Assembly: GCA_003344405.1 (NCBI GenBank)
Contig: NOWV01000185.1
Coordinates: 62,001 to 126,000 of the forward strand
Reading direction: 5' to 3'
Length of the DNA stretch: 64,000 bases
Source: Trichoplax sp. H2
Lineage: Eukaryota
The translations under genes were made by a program, and so were the position numbers. Each line of letters begins with the position of its first letter. The first letter of the stretch is position 1. Positions 29,179 through 38,941 of this stretch are shown here, in pieces. Under the pieces are notes generated by a model that saw only the letters and a list, made by a program, of their open reading frames with translations, had not been told where the DNA came from and made no database searches.

Positions 29179-29474
29179 GATATCTTGTAAAATTTATTAG
29201 TTGATTTTTTAACCGTGTAGTAGGATTTATTCATGAGCATTTTTAGAGTTGTTGAGTTTAATCGATAGCTAGGCGTAAGGGCGATATTTCTTTTCCTGAA
29301 TAAGATATTCGAAATAATAGAGGTTTGCATTTAGTTTTCAGATATCTTGTAGGATTTATTGGTTGATTTTTCGAGCATGTGGCAGGATTTGTTCATAAAT
29401 ATTATTTAGTGTTGTTGAGTTTAACAGATAGCTAGTCGTAAGGCCGATGTTTTCGTTCCTGAAATAGGTATTCG
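29179..29474. repeat. Tandem duplication (~162-bp period) of the GPCR C-terminal codons and proximal 3' UTR
   Basis: GATATCTTGTA...GTTGTTGAGTTTAA...GATAGCTAG.CGTAAGG...TATTCG at 29179-29311 and 29341-29474; the second copy overlaps the stop codon of the GPCR at 29421. Confidence 0.85.
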
Positions 29475-30485
29475 CACTAATGGGCGTTTGCACATTTCAA
29501 TAATTTCACTACGGATATCACGGCTAAGCCAGATATATAATAGAGGATTTAAAGCAGGATACGCAAAAGCTAATTCTCGTAGGCCATACTCGGATGCTCT
29601 TAAACAATTTACAATTAATCTGATGAACCGTAGTCTTAGCTTTAGTGGTGATGATCCCAAAATGAGGGCTATCATGGAGCAAATGATGTACGGCAAAGTC
29701 AATAATATAAAAGTACCGGTGATAATAATTAATGGTACAGCGGCTTTAAATTGCTTGGTTATAAGTTGACTTTTTCTTCGTTGAACAGGATCAAATGAAG
29801 GATACTGTTCGTTATTCATCTGTTTTAAATGGCGTAGAGCAATAATAAAGATATAACCATGACAAATGAGCATGATCTTCAACGGACATAAATAGCAAAA
29901 CGAATAAAAGAAAATGTTGTAAATTAATTCGTCGCCAGCGTCGCCACTGGTAGTGCAAGGATTTTTATCATCTCTTTTAACAGTGCGAAATGTTAAAACA
30001 GGATAAAATGATCCAATCAGGGCCATCACCCACACTAGCGTTAGATAAATCCAAGTAGTCCGACGATTAACGAAGTTACTAAAATGAAAGGGCATGCCTA
30101 CTGTGATTGCCCTATCGATCGCGATTAAAGCTAAATGCAAGCACATACACGACATTAGAAAATTACGTAAAGAAGTCTTGAGATAGCATAAAATATTTGT
30201 TGGATCCATTACGACAAGCGGATAAGGAAGGCAAAAGAGTATTGCAAATAAAATGCCACTCATTGACATACTGCATAATTTAACGTTTTGAATTTTCCAT
30301 AACCTTTTCCGTGTTAATATTAGATAAACTAGGAAACCATTAGTTAATAGGGCTGTAAAACCAATTATTTCATAGTAGATAATTTGAGGTAATTCTCTCA
30401 TCACATTATCGCTGTTGGTCGTATTGCTAAGGCTAAGCAACGATCCAGTCGAACGATTGTCCACTTCAGAGTGATTCTCCATCAT
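29421..30485 (-). CDS. Intronless class A GPCR, orphan; 354 aa
   Basis: Seven TM segments; LLTNG, LCYLKTSLRNF, AIDRA, ECL2 Cys, NPLLY; shares RE(L/M)PQIxYYEI and YGLRELAF with 19622-20686. Confidence 0.93.
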   Translation of the reverse strand: MMENHSEVDNRSTGSLLSLSNTTNSDNVMRELPQIIYYEIIGFTALLTNGFLVYLILTRKRLWKIQNVKLCSMSMSGILFAILFCLPYPLVVMDPTNILCYLKTSLRNFLMSCMCLHLALIAIDRAITVGMPFHFSNFVNRRTTWIYLTLVWVMALIGSFYPVLTFRTVKRDDKNPCTTSGDAGDELIYNIFFYSFCYLCPLKIMLICHGYIFIIALRHLKQMNNEQYPSFDPVQRRKSQLITKQFKAAVPLIIITGTFILLTLPYIICSMIALILGSSPLKLRLRFIRLIVNCLRASEYGLRELAFAYPALNPLLYIWLSRDIRSEIIEMCKRPLVRIPISGTKTSALRLAIC

Positions 30486-31644
30486 CTTGGGCCAGTTTCA
30501 ACCCGAGAAATTGCAATAGTCGGTGAAGCTGATATTGATAAGATATAAATAAGGATAATTGTACAGAAAATATCCACCACTACCTATTCTACAGTATCTA
30601 CTACTAAATATAGATTGATGGAATGGAGATCAAGAAGACAATAGCAAGTACGTTGGAGATAAATAAATTAATTGTAATTATTGAACATTCAATTAATATT
30701 TGTCAAAACACGTTCACGTTAATTTCTCTTTCCTCGTTGAAATAATGAATATAGTAAGATTATTCATGATTTACTATTTCTAACGTCTACTTGAACAATA
30801 CACGGTGATGCTTTTAATGGTGATGAGCATTAATTTATTCAAGATTAGAAAATTGATAAAATACTGCTTTGATTCTATCTCCTAAGGTACGCAATAGGTT
30901 GAAAATGACGAAGTCTCTACACATGAAAATGCTGTCATTAATTAATTTTGAAAATTGATTTTTATTGACTAGACTATTGTCTTTGCTTACTTAAAGTTTT
31001 CAATCTTAAATTAGAATTAGAAATGGCGGTAATGGAAGTAGTTTAGATATTATGGTGAGAAAGTCTTTTTCAAGTCAACACAGTAACGTAGCAGTAGTCC
31101 TTGACCATACGGTATTATTTTTAATCAATAATTGAATTAAATCAAAATGCGTTTGTAAAATTAATGGATTCAATTTTTTTCGTTTATGAATCCTGTTCTA
31201 TAGGATATGCAAAGTTATTACAACACTCGTATACACTATACATAGAAAGGAAAAATAGAAATCTCTGATTTTGTTGATGTCTGAAATCGCAACATTGCCA
31301 ATTTATCATGCTTTTATCGTTCAATGGCCAGTTAGTAACGGAACATTTTCATAATTCTATGAATAGGATTAAGTTATTTCCTGTTTACTCTTTCGAAATA
31401 GTGTTCTACCATTGGTTGAAAAATGTACGGACATTTCAATATCCTGTTATTTTAACATGGGCTCAAAATTAATTCCGATGGCTTTCAAATTTCTATCGTA
31501 CATTCTAAGTACTAGCGACGACGCCTTAAAATACAATCATTTATACTTTCATCCTGTCGGTTGTGATATACAATAGAGATCATTTCTAAGCGCTGATCTA
31601 ATTGCTTTGGCAACATTATGCTACCAAACAGAAAGTATCCGTTA

Positions 31645-33330
31645 TCTTGACGAATATCATCGTTAATGAGATTTATTGCTGTATGATTTCTACTTCTTGA
31701 GCTATACATTTTTTTAAAATAAATATAGCTCTGTCACAAACCAACTTCGTGACAAGTATAACGTAAAACAAATCTCTAAATTACTATAGTCTCCGGGATT
31801 CAGTATCCCTACTTACAAGAATTTAGACGCCTTTGATTCTACGTTAAAACAACTATACAATTGAGAACTGCTTTATTCAACTATCTGACGGGTTTATATA
31901 CCCTTCTACAGCAGCTAACATTCACAAGTCATCTTATAATAACACTTGGGTGAGAACATCTACTAACTAGTTTTTCACAGTCGGACTACAATATGTCCAT
32001 TCACAGAATCATTTCAGCACATATTACAGCACAGCAATAAATTTACTGTAACACATTTATAATTAGAGTAATTCCTATTGTAAGTAACTAGTTGTAATAT
32101 AATATCACTATACTATATTAACCAAATTTAGATAGCTATTTCTTCACGGTAGTTCGTACCGTGACAAGCTCATGGCTTATAAATCCATATCCTCGATCTA
32201 TTAAAATAAAGTACTCCAGTGCCACTTTTCCCTTTAATATTGATCATTTAATGTGTTGTCATTAATCCAAGTGCTTTCATTCCATAATGATAGCCAACGT
32301 AATGTATCCGTTGACTTAGCTATTATCATCGCTAATACCATTTATTACTGCACGATTCTACATCTTGAGCTATAATCTTTATTTCAAAACAGATATAGTT
32401 TATGGCTCTCAGTTGATTATTATACTAATCCAATCCATGTCGTCCATATACATAAATACAATTCACTGCTCATCTTCGCTTATTAATTATTGACTGCGGT
32501 ATTAACTTGACTAATATCATCGTTAATAAGATTTATTACTTTACGATTCTACTTCTCGAGCTATATAATCTTTATTTTAAAATCAAATATAGTTTATGGC
32601 TTTTTATACTAATCAAATCTATACGCCAAAAAATATAGTACTGTTTCACTATTCCCTTTAATAAATATTGATTTCGGTATTAACTCGACTAATATCATTG
32701 TTAATAAGATTTATTCCTGTATGATTCTACTTCTTGAGCTATAAATTTTATTTCAAAAGCCTAACAGAGTTTATGGCTTTTTATACTAATCAAATCCATA
32801 CACCTAAAAATACAGTACAGTTTAACTTTTCCCTTTACTAAACATCGACTACGGTATTAGCTTGACCAATATCATCGTTAGTATGATTCTGCTTCTTGAA
32901 CTATAATCTTTATTTATAGTTAAAGAGTCAATATAGTTTATGGCTTTTAGCTGCTTTCTATACTATTCAAATTTATATCATCTATGGGCAAAAAAATATC
33001 GTGCAGTACAAACTTTTTCCCTTATAAACTATTAGTAGACCCTTCGCTCGTTACACTGCGCGTAGTGTATTAACTTGACTACTATCATCATGAATAAGAT
33101 TTATTTCTGTATTATTCTACTTTTTGAGCTATAATCTTTATTTTAAACAAATATAGTTTCTGGCTTTTTATACTATTTAAATTCATATCGTCCATCGATA
33201 AAAGCAGTAAGTGCTTTCGCTCCATGATGCTACTAAACGGAATGCATGCGTTTTTAAGTTGAATATCATTGTTAATAAGATTTATTACTGTACTGTATAA
33301 TTCTAGTTGTTGCGCCACTAGCCTTATTTA
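31645..33330. repeat. Degenerate tandem array, ~160-230-bp units, ~6-7 copies
   Basis: Recurring TTGACTAATATCATCGTTAATAAGATTTATT...GATTCTACTTCTTGAGCTATAATCTTTATTT...ATAGTTTATGGCTT; GA(G/A)CTA anchors at ~31699, 32367, 32559, 32736, 32898 and 33126. Confidence 0.9.
31732..32166 (-). mobile_element. Solo LTR, family B (435 bp), inserted into the tandem array
   Basis: Termini TGTCAC...GTGACA; perfect 5-bp target-site duplication AGCTC (31727-31731 and 32167-32171); removing it restores the array motif ATATAG..ATGGCTT; minus-strand TATATAAA (31900-31893) lies 15 nt before AATAAA (31877-31872). Confidence 0.85.
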
Positions 33331-34382
33331 AAAGAAATCGAGAATATTATTGCATTTCGCTGCTTTTTATGCTATTGAAGTCTATTTTCGAGCATAGGTA
33401 AAATGTACGACTCCTATAGTAGAGTGCAACGTTTTTCTTTATTATAATTATTGGTTATTTAATACGTTGTGAACTTTATTTTAGCATACTGTAAGTCAGA
33501 ATATATGAGATACCGACTTCATTTACAAGAGTTTATGGCTTTTATAGTAATTGCTTATCATGCAGTTCAAGTTCATATCATCCATCTACAAAATCTAGTA
33601 AAGTGCAACATTATCCTTAAACGGAATGGGATGCATCCGTTTTTAACTTGAACAATATCATCGTTAACAAGATTTATGAGTGTACTGTATGATTCTAGTT
33701 GTTGCGCCATTAACCTTATTTTTAGAAGAAATAAGAGTATATTATAGCATTTCGCTGCTTTTTATGCTGTTGAAGTCTATTTTCGTGCTTAGGCAAAATG
33801 TCTAGAATAGCGCAATGTTTTTCTTCATTACATCTATTGATCATTTAATTCGTTGTGAACTTCATTTTAGAATACCGTAAGTCAGGATACACAAGATATC
33901 GACTTCACTTACAAGAGTTTATGGCTTGTACAGTAGTTGTTTCATCATGCTGTTCAAGTTGATATCATCCATCTACAAAATCCAGTAAGGTGCAATTTTA
34001 TCCTACGGAATGCATCCGTTTTTAACTTGAACAATATCATCGTTAACAAGATTTATGACTGTACTGTCTGATTCTAGTTGTTGCACCATTAACCTTATTT
34101 TTAGAAGAAATAAGAGTATATTATAGCATTTCGCAGCTTTTTTATGCTGTTGAAGTCTATTTTCGTACTTAGGCAAAATGTATAGTGTAACGTTTTTCTT
34201 TATTACAACTATTGATCATTTAATGCGTTGTGAACTTCATTTTAGAATACCGTAAGTCAGGATACACGAGATATCGACTCCATTTACAAAAATTGATGGC
34301 TTTTACAGTAGTTGCTTTATCATGTTGTTTACGTTGATATCATCTATCTACAAAATTGAGTAAAAGTGCAATTTTATCCTTA
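33235..34382. repeat. Tandem array, 3 copies of a ~375-395-bp unit
   Basis: GCATTTCGC at ~33352, 33747 and 34126; GTAAGTCAG at ~33491, 33877 and 34252. Confidence 0.92.
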
Positions 34383-35254
34383 TTATTATCGATCGTTCAA
34401 TCTGTGGGAAATCTTACCTGTTTCATAGGAAGTCAAGATATCCTAACTTGCTGAGCGCTAACTGGCAGTAACTTATTCTCTCTATATGGCAGATGTCTAA
34501 TCCAGGTATCTACTAAACTGCGGTGTGTAAATGTCTACTATTAACTACGAATGCATTTGCATTTTCTTGATGGTGTCTTGCGCACTTTCCTTCTTACAGT
34601 GAATCATCTAGACGTCCAATAAGGAAGGTACTATTAGCCTATTGAACGCCCGTATGTTATGTTATCATCAACACAGCAGCAATCCTCCCAGCAAGGGGAA
34701 TCTGGGAAATTAAAGTTGATTTTATTTCCTTACTGATTGAAAGAATTGGATGAAACAAAATTAAACAGGAAAATGTCGACGTACATTGAATGGTATAGGT
34801 ACGATTGCTATCAACAGAATAGCGTTTGCGGTTATTAAAATTGACAGTAATTGGATTGTACATGGGTTGGATGAATAACAATAAGATTGCAAACTTTGAA
34901 TCATTTGCTCAACACATGCGATCTAAATCGTCCTTTAATGTGAGCAATTGATTTCCATCTAACCCAAGTCATACTGTATTACGAAGAATAAGTGGAAGCC
35001 AATATCCGCCATTGACAGTGACGATAACTGGCATTTTTGCTACTTTTGCTACATTAATAATAAAAGTTTCAATTGGCTAGCGCTAGATTGCTTACTATAG
35101 GGTATTGTTATATAAATTACTATGTTCCTTAATTGATTCTTTTGGATTTTCTATTAATTCGGTAATGGATTGCCTTACGAAATAGATACCATTTACAATA
35201 CCATCAGACTAGCAAGAATTATATACCATATGATTGTAGCTGTATAATAAGCGT

Positions 35255-37232
35255 TTAGGACATTGGAAATTGGTAAAGAGCTGCATACCTTCCAGTTTGG
35301 AAATGATACAACTGTCTCTCAATATCACCTAACAAAGAACTTGCTCCAATACGGAATAGATTGGGTTGTGTCCATTCGTCTCCTAGCTCTTCCTTCATCA
35401 GAGCAAGCCAACTTAAGCAATCTTTAGCGCTTCTAATCCCTCCGGCTGGCTTAAATCCGACCTTGTATCCAGTACGTTGGTAAAAATCACGTATTGCCCT
35501 GATCATGACAAGAGCAACTGGGAATGTGGCATTCACTGCTTCTTTGCCTGTCGATGTTTTAATAAAAGTTGAGCCAGCCATCATACTGACAAGGCTTGCT
35601 TTATACACATTGGTCAACGTTCCTAAGTGTCCCGTAGCAATAATCGTTTTTAACAGGGCATTACCACACGCTTTTTTGCAGGCAGCTACTTCATCATATA
35701 AAGCTTGCCAATTGCCTGATAATACATAGGATCGAGTGATGACAATATCGATTTCACTTGCACCAGCTTCGACTGCGTATTTGATTTCATCTAGGCGTTG
35801 AGGAAGAGGTGTTTGACCATCAGGAAATCCAGCTGCTACAGAAGCAATGGGCACTTGTGAGTGATTATTCTTATTAGCGGTAACAGCATCCTTGACTCGA
35901 GACGAGTAGACACATACCGCTCCGGTAGTAATTTCTGAAAAGTAGAACATAGTTTTGAGTTTCATTGATTCATTTTGATCAACACAAGTTATATGCTAAT
36001 GATCAAATATGCATGATAAACATTCATGATGAAATTGGCAGCATGTTGATGTAAAAAATGCAATTCTTCAAGTCGCTATGATAGCAAAATTTCTTAGTTA
36101 CAACACAATTCGTCAAATGATAGCCAGCATTAACAAACAACCAATTACAGTGCCGAAGGGAATGAGTAGAAAGAGTCTAAAAATGCAAATCTTGAAATAA
36201 TAAGAGTTAAGGCAAGCATTACCAAGTTGATTGAACCGAGTGGCACTTTTCAAATGATTGTAAAACAATAAAACTACTGAAGGAGATGCTGTAAGTAGAA
36301 TGAGTCTAAAAAAGTAATTGATGAAATGATGATAGTTCAGGCAAGGATTGCAAAGTTGAATCGATCGCCACTCTTCAATCATTTAACAGCAAAACAAACG
36401 AAGAAAATGAGTCGAGTGAGTTTCAAAATGCAATTCTTGAAACGATGCGAGTAAAGTAAAGAATGGCAAAGTTGAACCGATCGCTACTCTTCTTTCAACT
36501 ACGCCATAATAAGCTAGCGAAGAAAATGAGCGATTTTCAAAATTCACTGGTTGAAATGATGAGAGCAAGGCAAGCATTGCAAAGTTGGCAAGCTACCGAA
36601 GAAAACGAGCGATTTTCAAAATGCAATAGCTAAAATGATGAGAGCAAGGCAAGCATTGCAAAGTGGGCAAACTACCGAAGAAAACGAGTGATTTTCAAAA
36701 TGCAATGGTTGAAATGATGAGAGCAAGGCTTGCATTGCAAAGTTGGCAAACTACCGAAGAAAATGAGCGATTTTCAAAATGCAATAGCTAAAATGATGAG
36801 AGCAAGGCAAAGTTCACTGGCATCCTATCAAGGACTGCAATGTTGAACCCATCGCCACTCTTCAACTACGCGATGTTTGAAATGATGAAAATAAGGGAAG
36901 AATCACAGAGATTTCGAATCTATTTATCCGATGGAAACGACAATCTTACTCAAGTCTTTTAATTGGAGGCTTTCAAGAACGTCTTGACGGATAGGATTAT
37001 TGGCCTTGAAACAGAGACGTGATACATTCGTTTCCGTATCATCACCAGACAAGGTGGTTAAATCTAAGCAAGTAACAGCTCTTAAAAACCAAGCTGCTTG
37101 CCAATCTTTCTTGACAGATCGTCGCTTGAGATGGGTTGCTGCTCTCCTCTGCACTGCTGGTAAGTTAACACGCGACGATTCAACCCATGCCAGATCCAGA
37201 GGTTGGATTACATTCCGTTGGCTGTCTACCAT
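35255..37232 (-). CDS. DERA: Deoxyribose-phosphate aldolase (DERA/DeoC, long animal-type form); 2 coding exons, 320 aa
   Basis: Exons 37232-36950 and 35934-35255, joined by a phase-1 GTAAG...TTTCAG intron (963 nt, open frame). Motifs: DLTTLSGDDT, GAVCVY, VAAGFPDGQ, EIDIVI, Schiff-base FIKTSTGK, GFKPAGGIR, FRIGASSLL. Confidence 0.97.
36519..36811. repeat. 79-bp minisatellite (~3.7 copies) in the DERA intron, with older degenerate copies back to ~36160
   Basis: TGAGAGCAAGG occurs at 36560, 36639, 36718 and 36797. Confidence 0.92.
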
Positions 37233-38941
37233 CGTTCAATTTGGTTATTGTAGCTAGAAATTCATTCAAATCCAATCGATCAAGATTGCCTAAAGCAAGG
37301 AATAGCAGCAATGGCGGACAGCAAATGGGCTCCAACGGGTTCCAGTACGGTACCAGTTGGGACTGAAGAGTGACAAATGATGCAAAAGTGACGCAAATCC
37401 GACACTCGTGGCTATACACGCTTCATACGCCTACTGTGTCACTGTCGCTTTAGGCTTGACGTGGTGCAATGGTGGGTAGGTCAGTGAAAGGAGAGCGTAC
37501 CGCGCCGGCGCAGTATCGATGGCATGACGGCCAATGGGTCACGACGATCCTCGCGTGTTGCTTCTTTTACTGCGACATCAATTTTGCTCGGTGTAGAACT
37601 TCATGGCTCGCATTCACCGTATCGTGTTCTTTACTGTACTGTAGAAGGAAATACAACATGGCGATTGAAGTATCGATGGATAGATGACATGATGGTCAAT
37701 GGACAACGACGATCATCGCGTCTTGCTTCCTTTATTGCGACATCGATTTTGCTCGTATCGCTTGCAGTCACCGTATCGTGTTCTTGCTGTACTGTAGAAG
37801 GGAATACAACATGGCGATTTAAGCGTGATATTGGACGTACACTACATCAGTTCAATTTTGCACTTCTGCAGGTGTCTCCCATTTCTTACTGAATTCAACA
37901 ACAAAATGGCAGACATCGAGTACAAGACTGAACTGATTGAGTAGTCCAGTTTCGTGTACAGTGTAGACTGTACATGATGATATCGTTGTCCCTTGACTCA
38001 AAAGCACTTTCCATCCACCAGCATGTTGCAACAAGGGCGTCGGAGCCATGCAAAATTCATGTCACCAGCGCATCTGCCAACACCACCAACACGCCCACGT
38101 GTCGTACCGTATCGAATACGGTACGACTGATAGGCAGATTGCACATACAGTACTGCACGCACGGTACTGTACACGGAGTACAGAGATCAACTACACGCAC
38201 ACTACGTACGAAATCATGTGTTCACCGATAAACAGCATGCAAGCCAATAGAAACAGGCGGACGACTGAAGCGTGCGTCCACGTGGAAAAATACAAATAAT
38301 AACCAGGTGGTCAAGATGGTCAGCGATAACCGACACCTTGTTGTGCTTAGTAATAAATAATAATAAAACAGTTTATTTCCCATCAATTTTCCATCGGCAA
38401 GGCGAATACGCAATGCAATAGTGACCACTATGATTGATTAAGTGGACAGTTGATGAGAAAATAGGAAGCAAGAATCAATCGTCTGCTAGTCATCACGTAC
38501 AGACACAGACTTGTGGTGTTTCCTCCGTCACGTCAACATGACAATAGAGGATATTATAGGCCACGGGCGATGCTTTCCGTATCATTACAACACTCATGCT
38601 GAGTTGGGGTAATCACCCGACATAAACCAACAGTCTACAGTATAGAAAATACTTTGCCCATGGGCTGTAGCCATGGCCCACCAGTCAAGGTCACGGCGGG
38701 ACGTAGTAGGGCTCTACCACTGCGCATGCCTAGTGGTGTGGCCACCACAGTTCTTATTGTGTACATAGGCTCGACTCCGTCAGCAGCTTGATGCGGATCC
38801 TTCAGACGTACAGACGTCGGACTTCCAGCCTGCAACGTTGGAGGTAGAATCGCTTTGGCAAGCTTGCCATACTTCCATCGAAGTCTCCAGGTTGCAACTG
38901 GATCATCGCTCTATTTCTCTTTAATTCATTATCATTGCAGT
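37233..38941. promoter_or_regulatory. Putative shared (bidirectional) promoter region and 5' UTRs of DERA and ALDH16
   Basis: 1709 bp between divergent ATGs; visibly richer in GC and CpG than the rest of the window; YY1-like AACATGGCG at 37655 and 37808. Confidence 0.6.
37512..37823. repeat. Direct tandem duplication (~155 bp x2) in the divergent spacer
   Basis: AGTATCGATGG...ACGACGATC...CACCGTATCGTGTTCTT...TGTACTGTAGAAGG.AATACAACATGGCGATT starts at 37512 and again at 37669. Confidence 0.9.

Noticed and set aside
28947-29330. 127-aa ORF as a separate gene
   Set aside because: Begins inside the duplicated GPCR tail and UTR; the rest is low-information AT-rich sequence.
31645-36811. CRISPR-like arrays
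   Set aside because: Whole units are repeated with no unique spacers, there are no cas genes, and the context is eukaryotic.
37469-38835. Short ORFs in the divergent spacer (e.g. 37524-37892)
   Set aside because: No recognisable domains; explained by higher GC content and the 155-bp duplication.
38855-38941. Upstream TTG start for ALDH16, and ORF-track starts at 35965, 40565 and similar
   Set aside because: These are artefacts of prokaryote-style ORF calling; the spliced models use ATG 38942 and ATG 37232.
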